In this document: positions 49,065 to 57,409 of the stretch, piece by piece
Position numbering within the stretch: position 1 is the first letter of the stretch
How the letters are laid out: each line of letters begins with the position of its first letter
NCBI GenBank assembly: GCA_028286605.1
Contig: JAQBRE010000002.1
Location: 464,065 to 528,064, forward strand
From: Parcubacteria group bacterium
GTDB lineage: Bacteria > Patescibacteriota > Minisyncoccia > Phycocordibacterales > Phycocordibacteraceae
Length of the DNA stretch: 64,000 nucleotides
Direction of reading: 5' to 3'
Made by a program: the position numbers and the translations under genes
The notes under the pieces: generated by a model
The model's input: only the letters and a program-made list of their open reading frames with translations
Database searches by the model: none
Told to the model about the DNA's origin: nothing

Positions 49065-50435
49065 ATGGATTGGTCTTCGCTTCCGGGAATTAAAACGATC
49101 GAGAACATTCACGGCTATGCTGCGAGTCACGGACGCTTCGTCGACTGGAAACCGATCGCGTATACGTTCGCAGGCCTTAATATCATATTCCTTATCATCG
49201 CTCCGGTGCAGACGTTCCGTAACTACGAATTCTTGCTCTTCTTCGCACCGCTCTGGCTGCCGATAGTACTGGTACAAGCTGCAACGCTTCGCAAACTCCA
49301 GGCGAACCGCGAAGATTTCCTGCTTAAGCAGAAATACGTACTCCTTGAAATGCGTCTGCCGCGCGACACCATGAAGACGCCGCTCGCTATGGAAACGTTC
49401 TTCTCCAATATGCACTTCGGGCCGGGTGAATCGACCACGTACAAGATAAAGGCAGGTGCTATGCGCCCGTGGTGGTCCTTCGAGATAGCTTCAATTGAAG
49501 GACGTGTTCATTTCTTTATTTGGACACGTGAAATGCAGCGACGTGGTATCGAAAGCTATCTGTATTCGCAGTATCCGGACATGGAAATAATCGAAGCAGA
49601 AGACTACAGCCGTATCTTCGACCCATCGGATTTCAGCAAGAACAGCATGTTCGGCGAAGAATTCAAGAAAGTGCATGCGAACAAGGATGCAAAAGCAGAT
49701 CCGTATCCGATAAAGACATACGTAGACTACGGTCTCGATAAAGCGGGAACGAAACCGGAAGAGCAGATCGATCCGCTCGCGCAGGTTATCGAGCTCTTAG
49801 GATCAATCGGTCCGAAGGAACAGTTCTGGATACAATTCATTATTCGCCAGAGCAAGGCCGAAAAGCATGGCGAAGACTGGAAGAAGGTCGGCGCAGCCGA
49901 AGTGGAGAAAATTCGTGCAGCAACCGTGAAGAAAACCACGCGCGTAGACCCCGTAACCGGTAACACGATAGAGACGAGCGGCTTCCCGAACCCAACCAAG
50001 GGTCAGCAGGAAACGATCAACGCTATCGAGCGCAACACGAACAAAGCGGGCTTCGATGTCGGCATACGCATGATCTATTCCGCGCCGAAGGATGCGTACC
50101 AGGGTGGCATGATCGCGTTTTTCATGTCGCTCTTCAAGCCGTTCACGAATGAGAACGGCGCAGGTTTCGCGCCCGTTCAGCAATACTCCGCTGCGTTCAA
50201 CGACTATCCATGGGAAGACCCGAAAGGATACGCGCATCGCGCGGTCGAGAAGAAGGTCGTGGACCTCTATCGTCAGCGGGCGTATTTCAATCAGCCGTAC
50301 AACGGCCCGTGGTCAATCATGAGTACCGAAGAACTCGCGACGCTTTTCCATGTGCCTTCAAGTACCGTGCAGACGCCGGCACTTCCGCGCATGCAATCTT
50401 CAACAAGCGGCGCGCCGTCGAATCTCCCTATCTAG
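49065..50435 (+). CDS. Conserved membrane-anchored hypothetical protein
   Basis: N-terminal TMs; LLEMRLPRD..KTPLAME; WWSFEIAS; YSQYP; EELATLFH. Confidence 0.75.
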   Translation: MDWSSLPGIKTIENIHGYAASHGRFVDWKPIAYTFAGLNIIFLIIAPVQTFRNYEFLLFFAPLWLPIVLVQAATLRKLQANREDFLLKQKYVLLEMRLPRDTMKTPLAMETFFSNMHFGPGESTTYKIKAGAMRPWWSFEIASIEGRVHFFIWTREMQRRGIESYLYSQYPDMEIIEAEDYSRIFDPSDFSKNSMFGEEFKKVHANKDAKADPYPIKTYVDYGLDKAGTKPEEQIDPLAQVIELLGSIGPKEQFWIQFIIRQSKAEKHGEDWKKVGAAEVEKIRAATVKKTTRVDPVTGNTIETSGFPNPTKGQQETINAIERNTNKAGFDVGIRMIYSAPKDAYQGGMIAFFMSLFKPFTNENGAGFAPVQQYSAAFNDYPWEDPKGYAHRAVEKKVVDLYRQRAYFNQPYNGPWSIMSTEELATLFHVPSSTVQTPALPRMQSSTSGAPSNLPI

Positions 50436-50436
50436 C

Positions 50437-51462
50437 ATGACTGTTCGCGAGCGAGCTCACTCGATGTTCGTGTCCGTGCGATTCTGGCTGACCGAACAGA
50501 AACTCCGCACAAGAGCACTGAAAGGAAAATGGCGTTATGTGGTCGCAGCAATCGTGCTCGTATTGCTCATTCCTATATACATCCTCTTCACGCCAGCGGT
50601 TGGTTTCCCGAAAGGACAGATCATTTCGATTCCTGCAGACAGCGCGAGCGATCAGATCGCGAGCCAGCTTGCTGCACAGCATGTGATACGAAGCGCGTTT
50701 CAGTTCAAAGTACTCGCACGCCTCACCGGACAGGATCGTCAGCTTGAATCCGGCATGTACGTATTCAAACAGTCACTCGGACTCGTGAGTGTTATGAATC
50801 GACTCGCCACCGGTAATCACGGCATCGCCGAAGCACGCGTTACGTTAACGGAAGGCATGACGGCGAAAGACATGGCACAGGTAATCGCAGCACAGCTTCC
50901 TGGCTTCGATACCACAGGATTCCTGAACGCCGCATCAACGAGCGAAGGGTATCTGTTCCCCGATACCTATTTCATTCTCCCTGGCACGACACCGGAAGAT
51001 ATCGTACAGCGTTTACACACTCAATTCGATGCGAAGGTTGCGACCATACAGCCACAGATCACTAAGTTCGGAAAACCGCTTCGCGATGATGTGATTATCG
51101 CCTCAATACTCGAGCGCGAAGTGAAAGGTACGAAAGATGAGCGTATTGTTGCAGGAATTCTTTATAATCGCCTCAATAAAGGCATGCCGTTGCAAGTTGA
51201 TGCTGCGTTCGGCTATGCGCATGACATAGATGGCTACACGCCGACTTCTGCAGATCTCACCGGAAACTCTCCGTACAACACGTATCGTTTCTCTGGCCTC
51301 CCGCCGACACCAATATCTAACCCCGGCTTGGATTCGCTTCTTGCTGCCGTTACTCCTACGAAAACTTCCTACATCTATTACATAACCGGCACCGATGGCA
51401 CGATGCATTACGCGACGACGTTCGCACAGCACGAAGCCAACATCGCAAAGTATTTAAAATAG
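50437..51462 (+). CDS. mltG: Endolytic transglycosylase MltG
   Basis: EGYLFPDTY; IASILERE; NRL..GMPLQVDA; SPYNTY...GLPPTPISNPG. Confidence 0.95.
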   Translation: MTVRERAHSMFVSVRFWLTEQKLRTRALKGKWRYVVAAIVLVLLIPIYILFTPAVGFPKGQIISIPADSASDQIASQLAAQHVIRSAFQFKVLARLTGQDRQLESGMYVFKQSLGLVSVMNRLATGNHGIAEARVTLTEGMTAKDMAQVIAAQLPGFDTTGFLNAASTSEGYLFPDTYFILPGTTPEDIVQRLHTQFDAKVATIQPQITKFGKPLRDDVIIASILEREVKGTKDERIVAGILYNRLNKGMPLQVDAAFGYAHDIDGYTPTSADLTGNSPYNTYRFSGLPPTPISNPGLDSLLAAVTPTKTSYIYYITGTDGTMHYATTFAQHEANIAKYLK

Positions 51463-51483
51463 TTCGATCCCTAGTCTGCCAGC
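51461..51483 (+). repeat. tRNA-3'-end-like site, copy 2
   Basis: AGTTCGATCCCTAGTCTGCCAGC overlapping the mltG stop codon. Confidence 0.85.
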
Positions 51484-51537
51484 AATATTTTTATAAAAGA
51501 AAAGCGCTGAGTTCGAGTAGAACTCAGCGCCGTTTTC

Positions 51538-52071
51538 TTAGGTCAAGAACAACGCACGAACCTCAAAAGGAGAGACAAGACGGAGATAGGCATGCGCCGC
51601 CACCTTCACGCTCTCGCTTGAGGTATTGTCTCCAGCGCTGACGATAAAGCGCTTCAGCTTTTTCCCGTGCCGATGCTCCTCAACAGTGAAAGGTATAGTC
51701 GATCTGAATCGCATCGTTGCTTCGCGTTCTTTGAGGAACTCGGAAAAACGATTCGCGATTTCTTTACGGGCGGACTCTGCCCATTTCGTTGAATGGATGG
51801 CTTTCGCCAACTTTTCTTCGAGGACTTCATCAAAGGTTTCTGCCCACCCGCGCAATACGAGCCCGTACAATATTGCGTGCTGCTCGAAATAAAACGCACC
51901 GGTAGGTAATGACGTGATGATGCGTTCTCCTACTCTGGCGCCCAGAGCAGTATCTGCAGCAGTCAGTTCCCAGATACCGCCGAGGACGGCGGCAACCGCG
52001 GAGCCGTCTCTTCGCTGGTCAGCCGCAAGGACAAAATCAATTAGTCTCTTGTACTCAGTAATACCGGCCAT
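51538..52071 (-). CDS. Hypothetical helical protein (cassette cargo)
   Basis: GAAGGA SD; structured leader; terminator 51503-51533. Confidence 0.7.
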   Translation of the reverse strand: MAGITEYKRLIDFVLAADQRRDGSAVAAVLGGIWELTAADTALGARVGERIITSLPTGAFYFEQHAILYGLVLRGWAETFDEVLEEKLAKAIHSTKWAESARKEIANRFSEFLKEREATMRFRSTIPFTVEEHRHGKKLKRFIVSAGDNTSSESVKVAAHAYLRLVSPFEVRALFLT

Positions 52072-52177
52072 GGCCGATTCCTTCCTGCACCGTGGTGCAA
52101 CTGGGTTGTGGTCCGTGGACCAAGAGGACCGTAGTCCAGAGAGACTATGTCATACGAATAGAGTGTTGTCATTACGC

Positions 52178-52213
52178 TGCAGAAAGGTTCCAACATCGTC
52201 CCAGACAGCCAGC
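52178..52213 (+). repeat. att-like arm ending in GCCAGC, copy 2
   Basis: 34/36 identity to 11385-11420. Confidence 0.85.
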
Positions 52214-52261
52214 AACGAAAAGCCCCCACACGCCGGATTGCGGTGGGGGCATAAAAATAAT

Positions 52262-52675
52262 CTAAAACTCGACAGCTGCCGCGAGACGATATGGCTCGAG
52301 ACGTTCCTTGAGGGCAGGGAACTGTTCAAGAATCCCGTTTAGAAAGATAGGAAGCATTTGGTGCATGGCCAAGACATTCTTGAGATTTGGTTGCACACTA
52401 TATCCCAATGAAGCTCCACACTGACCTGCATAGATTAGGTTTCCGTGTGGAGTCCAGCAGTGCAGAACATATAGATACTCCTGTGAGTAGACGCCAGTTA
52501 TACGCCATCTGCCAGTGGAATCAGTACCAATATCCAACGCGTCTTTAGTGCTACCGTGAAGAAATTCTTCTGCCGTAAGGCTGCTCATACACAGCCGAAT
52601 GGTCGTATCTATATCCTTCTTCATACGGTCGATATTTTCTTGTCCTCGAACAAGGTCTGAAACTGAAAGGTTCAT
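52262..52675 (-). CDS. Hypothetical protein (cassette cargo)
   Basis: AGGA SD; TTGACA promoter near 52775; terminator 52217-52250. Confidence 0.7.
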   Translation of the reverse strand: MNLSVSDLVRGQENIDRMKKDIDTTIRLCMSSLTAEEFLHGSTKDALDIGTDSTGRWRITGVYSQEYLYVLHCWTPHGNLIYAGQCGASLGYSVQPNLKNVLAMHQMLPIFLNGILEQFPALKERLEPYRLAAAVEF

Positions 52676-52782
52676 AGAACGTTCCTATTCACTAGGACCC
52701 TCACGGGTGTTAATAGGCATCACTGCCTTGGGTTCTACCCGAAACCACTTTGATACTATTTACATAATGTGTCAAATACAAC

Positions 52783-52799
52783 GGTTCAAACAGCCAGCA
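52783..52799 (+). repeat. Internally deleted att-like arm
   Basis: GGTTCAAACAGCCAGCA keeps both ends of GGTTCCAAYATCGTCCCAGACAGCCAGC. Confidence 0.6.
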
Positions 52800-52830
52800 A
52801 AAGAGCGCAACATGCGGTATGGTAGCGATA

Positions 52831-53871
52831 ATGGAATCGGTAAAAGGAAAGAAAGTATTCGTGGGGCTTTCTGGCGGCGTAGATTCGGCGGTTTCGGCTG
52901 CGTTATTGCAACACGCAGGCGCTGAGCTGACCGGCGTATTCATAAAAGGATGGTATCCGCCCGGCATGCCGTGTACCTGGGCGCAGGATCGCCGTGATGC
53001 GATGCGCGTTGCTGCGCATCTAGGTATTCCATTTCATACACTCGATGCATCTAGCGAATACAAGAAAGGAGTAATTGATTACCTGCTCAGCGAATATGCT
53101 GCAGGACGGACGCCGAATCCGGACATCATGTGCAACCGGGAAGTGAAGTTCGGCGCGTTCTATCAGTTCGCGAAAGCGCACGGCGCAGATTTCATTGCGA
53201 CGGGGCATTATGCACGCACTGAGAGTGGACGACTGCTGCGAGGTATTGATGAGGGAAAGGACCAGAGTTATTTCCTGTGGGCGATTCCGGAGGAATCGCT
53301 TACACATACGCTGTTCCCGGTTGGCGACATGCCGAAGAGCGAAGTACGTACGCTTGCAGAGAAGTTCAAGCTTCCCGTTGCAGACAAGCGCGATAGCCAG
53401 GGAATCTGTTTCCTTGGTTCGATTTCTGTTGGTGAGTTCCTGCGACAAGAACTCGGTACCACGCCTGGCAAAGCAATAGATGAAAGCGGGAAGGATATCG
53501 GCATGCACGACGGCGCCGTACTGCACACGCTTGGCGCGCGCATCAGCTTGCAGGATGCAGATGCTGGCCCTTGGTATGTGATTAGGAAAGATTTAGATAC
53601 GAACGTGCTTACGGTACGCAAGGGAAACGTCGAGCTCGCTGCACCGGCTGGCTCGCTCACGCTTCGTGAAGTGAATTGGTTCGAGCCTGCACTATTAGAA
53701 GGTGCGGTTGAAGCGCAATACCGTTATCACGGGCCGCGCATCGCGGGCCGCTATAACACGCACGCAAAATCCTTCACTCCGGACGATGCATTCCGTGAAC
53801 CTGTCGCGGCAGGGCAGTCGCTCGTGCTGTATTTCGGCGATACCTGTATCGGAGGTGGTATCATCGAGTAA
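52831..53871 (+). CDS. mnmA: tRNA 2-thiouridylase MnmA
   Basis: SGGVDS; TPNPDIMCN; ATGHYA; KDQSYFL; DSQGICF. Confidence 0.97.
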   Translation: MESVKGKKVFVGLSGGVDSAVSAALLQHAGAELTGVFIKGWYPPGMPCTWAQDRRDAMRVAAHLGIPFHTLDASSEYKKGVIDYLLSEYAAGRTPNPDIMCNREVKFGAFYQFAKAHGADFIATGHYARTESGRLLRGIDEGKDQSYFLWAIPEESLTHTLFPVGDMPKSEVRTLAEKFKLPVADKRDSQGICFLGSISVGEFLRQELGTTPGKAIDESGKDIGMHDGAVLHTLGARISLQDADAGPWYVIRKDLDTNVLTVRKGNVELAAPAGSLTLREVNWFEPALLEGAVEAQYRYHGPRIAGRYNTHAKSFTPDDAFREPVAAGQSLVLYFGDTCIGGGIIE

Positions 53872-54702
53872 ATGGCTGAAATAGTTAAAGCAGACGGAAC
53901 GATAGAGACATTCCTTCCGGAGAAACTCGAGGATTCGCTGCGTCGTGCAGGCGCAGGTGCCGGTGCTGCAGAAAAGATCCGTCGTACCATCGAAGCGAGC
54001 ATCGCGCCGGGTTCAGAGAGCAATGACATCTATAGGCGCGCGTTCCAGATGCTTCGCACGGAAGGGCGGGCCGCAGCGGCACGCTACAGCCTGCGTCGCG
54101 CACTTTTCGAATTCGGTCCATCTGGCCACCCGTTCGAAGACTTCGTTGGCGAGCTTTTCAAGAAAGAGGGCTGGAATATCGAGACGCGACGACTCATCCC
54201 TGGAAAGTGCGTCACGCATGAGGTGGATGTGTATGCGACGCGTGGAAAAGAAACGCTTGCTGCGGAACTCAAATATCATAATGATCCAGGATACAAGACC
54301 GACGTGAAGATCGCACTCTATGTAAAAGCGCGCTTCGACGACATCTGGCAGTGCGATCCGAACGTGCAGGGAACCTGCCCGATAGATCGCGGATACCTTA
54401 TCACCAACACGAAGTTCACGTCGCAGGCTATCGAATACGCTACCTGTTCCGGCATGAATCTTCTTGGCTGGAGCTATCCGCATCACGGAAACCTGTATGA
54501 CCGCATCATCGCGAGCGCACTGTATCCGATAACCGCACTCACTACGCTGCGCAAAGCAGAGAAGCGCCTCCTTATCGATCGCAACATCTCCACCACGGAC
54601 CTCCTTCGCCAGCATCGTGAATTGCTCCGCGAGATCGGCGTATCGCCTGAACGCGTCGGCGCTATCGTCGCAGAAATTGAGACCTTGAACGATACGCGAT
54701 AG
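53872..54702 (+). CDS. ATP-cone plus restriction-endonuclease-like (Mrr-type) domain protein
   Basis: IVKADG..E.F...KL..SL ATP-cone; FEDFV; HEVDV; ELKYH; LITN. Confidence 0.8.
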   Translation: MAEIVKADGTIETFLPEKLEDSLRRAGAGAGAAEKIRRTIEASIAPGSESNDIYRRAFQMLRTEGRAAAARYSLRRALFEFGPSGHPFEDFVGELFKKEGWNIETRRLIPGKCVTHEVDVYATRGKETLAAELKYHNDPGYKTDVKIALYVKARFDDIWQCDPNVQGTCPIDRGYLITNTKFTSQAIEYATCSGMNLLGWSYPHHGNLYDRIIASALYPITALTTLRKAEKRLLIDRNISTTDLLRQHRELLREIGVSPERVGAIVAEIETLNDTR

Positions 54703-54711
54703 AATAGGTGC

Positions 54712-55512
54712 ATGGCTGAATACGTTAAGAGATATAACCCGAACCGTAGTCCTGATTGGAACTATGGCGGCCCGAAGTGGCGTCTCTCACGTTCGAAGAT
54801 AGAGCTTTTCACTGAATGCCCGCGTTGTTTCTATTTAGATAATAAGCTCGGCACCGCACGTCCGCGCGGCCCTTCCTTCACGCTCAACATCGCCGTTGAT
54901 GCGCTCCTGAAGAAAGAATTCGATGAGCATCGCATAGAAGGTTCGGCGCACCCACTCATGGAGCAGTACGGCATCGACGCGATTCCGTTCAAGCATAAGA
55001 ATATGAATACATGGCGCGAGAACTTCGAGGGCGTGGAGTTTAAGCATAAAGAAACGGGCTTCACTATTTCTGGTGCCGTTGACGATATCTGGGTTAATCC
55101 AGAAGGCGAGCTTATCGTCGTGGACTACAAGGCGACATCAAAGGAAGGAAAGATCGTAACGCTCGACGACTCCTCGTGGAAAGACCAGTACAGCCGGCAG
55201 ATGGGCGTGTATCAGTGGCTGCTCCGTAACAACGGCTTCACCGTTTCACCGAAGGGATATTTCGTATATGCGAATGCAAGCAGCGACAAAGCAGCGTTCG
55301 ATGGCCAGCTTGAGTTCGATGTGACTGTCGTGCCGATGGAGGGCGACACTTCATGGATAGATGAGATCCTTCCGAAGATAAAGACAGCACTCGATAGCGA
55401 TGAGATTCCCGCAACCGGAAGCGCCTGCGAGTTCTGCCCGTACCGTGAAGCAGCAGGGAAGAAGCTGCTCGATCTCCACAAGAAAAGCCTGCACATCAAG
55501 AAGACAGACTAG
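54712..55512 (+). CDS. PD-(D/E)xK nuclease with four Cys (Cas4/AddB-like)
   Basis: LSRSKI...ECPRCF; GAVDD; VVDYK; Q...Y; CEFC. Confidence 0.85.
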   Translation: MAEYVKRYNPNRSPDWNYGGPKWRLSRSKIELFTECPRCFYLDNKLGTARPRGPSFTLNIAVDALLKKEFDEHRIEGSAHPLMEQYGIDAIPFKHKNMNTWRENFEGVEFKHKETGFTISGAVDDIWVNPEGELIVVDYKATSKEGKIVTLDDSSWKDQYSRQMGVYQWLLRNNGFTVSPKGYFVYANASSDKAAFDGQLEFDVTVVPMEGDTSWIDEILPKIKTALDSDEIPATGSACEFCPYREAAGKKLLDLHKKSLHIKKTD

Positions 55513-55575
55513 CCTTAACGAGCCATACAGGTTCGTGCGTTCATACTGATTCCGAACGCCCTTTAGGAGGAACCG

Positions 55576-55764
55576 ATGGCTGAAGAGACTGACGTACCGA
55601 TTACGAAAGATGACCTGGTCCGCAAAGGACCGAATCTCCATCCGTATTACGAGGTTGTCTGGATAGACGGCGAAGAAGTATGGCTGCGCAACGCCAACAC
55701 TCGCGAAAGCCACGTGTGCCTGCTGAGCGAATGCACGAAGATAGAGCTTCAGCCGATCCTGTAG
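55576..55764 (+). CDS. Small beta-rich (SH3/KOW-like) hypothetical protein
   Basis: AGGAGG SD; hairpin 55774-55798 downstream. Confidence 0.65.
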   Translation: MAEETDVPITKDDLVRKGPNLHPYYEVVWIDGEEVWLRNANTRESHVCLLSECTKIELQPIL

Positions 55765-55810
55765 CTAAGACGAAAGGGCCGCGCGTTGCGCGGCCCTTGG
55801 CTTGTCCATC

Positions 55811-56047
55811 TTATTTCGGGCGATGGATTATTCGTGCGAGATTATCCAGGCCTTCCTGACGATTGAATTTAAGATGGCCCATGATAACCCATCTGATTTC
55901 CGCATTTTCGACAAGTTGCATCCGTGCGTCTTCGACCGAGATCGTATAGACAGACACAGAGTCCGCTTGTTCTCCGAAAATCCGCTCTGCACGGAGTTTC
56001 TGTTCCTCCATAGACCCTTCAACGAACATCGTTTTCGGAATCATCAT
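55811..56047 (-). CDS. Small hypothetical protein
   Basis: GGAGGGAGAGG SD; TATAAT upstream; shares the terminator with the convergent gene. Confidence 0.6.
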   Translation of the reverse strand: MMIPKTMFVEGSMEEQKLRAERIFGEQADSVSVYTISVEDARMQLVENAEIRWVIMGHLKFNRQEGLDNLARIIHRPK

Positions 56048-56151
56048 CTGCCTCTCCCTCCTGTTCAGCTAAAACTATTATACTAATAAATTTAATTCAT
56101 GTAAAGAATACCAATAATTGACTCCTGCTGCCGAAGGCGTATATTCATTGT

Positions 56152-56244
56152 AGTACTCGTGGCCGTAAGGCCTTCCCCCGCTACACTTTTGTGTTGAGCG
56201 AGCAACGAGTATCATGAAAAACCCGAGGTTCGCCTCGGGTTTTT
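56152..56244 (+). ncRNA. Candidate three-way-junction small RNA convergent on the putative RNase
   Basis: TTGACT-N16-TATATT at 56118-56145; GTACTCGT/ACGAGTAT stem, GGCC-GTAA-GGCC, CGCTACAC/GTGTTGAGCG; terminator 56216-56245. Confidence 0.65.
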
Positions 56245-56630
56245 CACATTTTACATTTACGTTCACACATCACGCTTAAGAAATGAAGCTTTCCTGAAGG
56301 CTTATTGCGTATAACAACAACTTTTACCTCACATTCAACACCATTGGTGAATACAGGAAATGATAGACCCCACGTTACTACGAGCGGGTCTTCAGATTTA
56401 ATCATTTCAAATGCTTGAATAGCATTTGAAAGAACAATATGAATATAGGGAAGAAGGCTCAATCGATAGCGCCTCTGGGATTTTATTCTTGGGCGCTGCG
56501 TACGTCTGTCATATAACAAGTGGTGTAACCCTTCCGAGTTAAAGTAAATCATTTCCTGCAAGGCTGCACAGAAGATAGGTTGGAAAGATCTATAAAGTGA
56601 CTTCTGTTTCTCCTCAAAGGACTTTTGCAT
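56244..56630 (-). CDS. Putative BECR-fold RNase-like protein
   Basis: IYFNSEGLHHL; R..LLP; KVVVIR...GKLHFLSVM; AT-rich. Confidence 0.5.
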   Translation of the reverse strand: MQKSFEEKQKSLYRSFQPIFCAALQEMIYFNSEGLHHLLYDRRTQRPRIKSQRRYRLSLLPYIHIVLSNAIQAFEMIKSEDPLVVTWGLSFPVFTNGVECEVKVVVIRNKPSGKLHFLSVMCERKCKM

Positions 56631-56713
56631 TTGAGAAGTATTCCACCATCAGAATAGGCGGCAAATTTCACGTCATATATTCTTTATATCTTCTTTAACT
56701 TATACTCATTGAC

Positions 56714-57382
56714 ATGGAAGTAAAGATCGAATCATCGTGGAAAAAGCATCTGAAAGATGAATTCGAGAAACCTTATTTCAAGGAACTCACTGAATTCGTA
56801 AAGAAAGAGTATGAGAAAGGCAGTGTCTATCCTGCGCCGAAGAATATATTCCGTGCTTTCGAGCTGACGCCGTTCGATGAGGTGAAAGTGGTAATACTTG
56901 GTCAGGATCCGTACCACGGACCGAAGCAGGCTATCGGCCTTTCGTTCGCGGTGAATGAAGGCGTGCGCAACCCTCCTTCGCTGCAGAATATTTTCAAGGA
57001 AATCGAGAGCGACTTCAGCACGCCGATGGTGCATACGGGTGGTGATCTTTCCCGCTGGGCAGAACAAGGAGTGCTGCTTCTGAATGCAACGCTCACGGTA
57101 CGTGCCGCTACGGCAGGTTCGCATCAGGGAAAGGGGTGGGAAGAATTCACCGATGCCGTGATACAGAAACTTTCGGATGAGCGTGAGCATTTGGTGTTTA
57201 TCCTGTGGGGGAACTATGCGCGCGCCAAAGGCGCGCGCATAGACCGCACGAAGCATCTCGTTATCGAATCCGCGCACCCCTCACCATTCTCTGCATACAA
57301 TGGCTTTTTCGGTTCAAAACCCTTTAGCAAAGCCAACGCATACCTCAAAGCGCACGGTGAAAAACCGATCGATTGGCTATAG
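56714..57382 (+). CDS. ung: Uracil-DNA glycosylase
   Basis: GQDPYH; PPSL.NI; GVLLLN; HPSP. Confidence 0.98.
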   Translation: MEVKIESSWKKHLKDEFEKPYFKELTEFVKKEYEKGSVYPAPKNIFRAFELTPFDEVKVVILGQDPYHGPKQAIGLSFAVNEGVRNPPSLQNIFKEIESDFSTPMVHTGGDLSRWAEQGVLLLNATLTVRAATAGSHQGKGWEEFTDAVIQKLSDEREHLVFILWGNYARAKGARIDRTKHLVIESAHPSPFSAYNGFFGSKPFSKANAYLKAHGEKPIDWL

Positions 57383-57409
57383 AAACAAGAGCTGGTATCT
57401 TGAATAGAT

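Noticed and set aside
48279-49415. 378-aa minus-strand ORF and similar long antisense ORFs (e.g. 11707-12528, 16957-17745, 20674-21423, 40232-41059)
   Set aside because: These are shadows of well-supported genes on the opposite strand and show no motifs or initiation signals.
54712-55512. CRISPR-associated Cas4
   Set aside because: There is no array or cas1/cas2 in the window, so it is treated as a solo PD-(D/E)xK nuclease.
56152-56215. Hammerhead ribozyme
   Set aside because: It has a three-stem shape but no CUGANGA or GAAA core on either strand.
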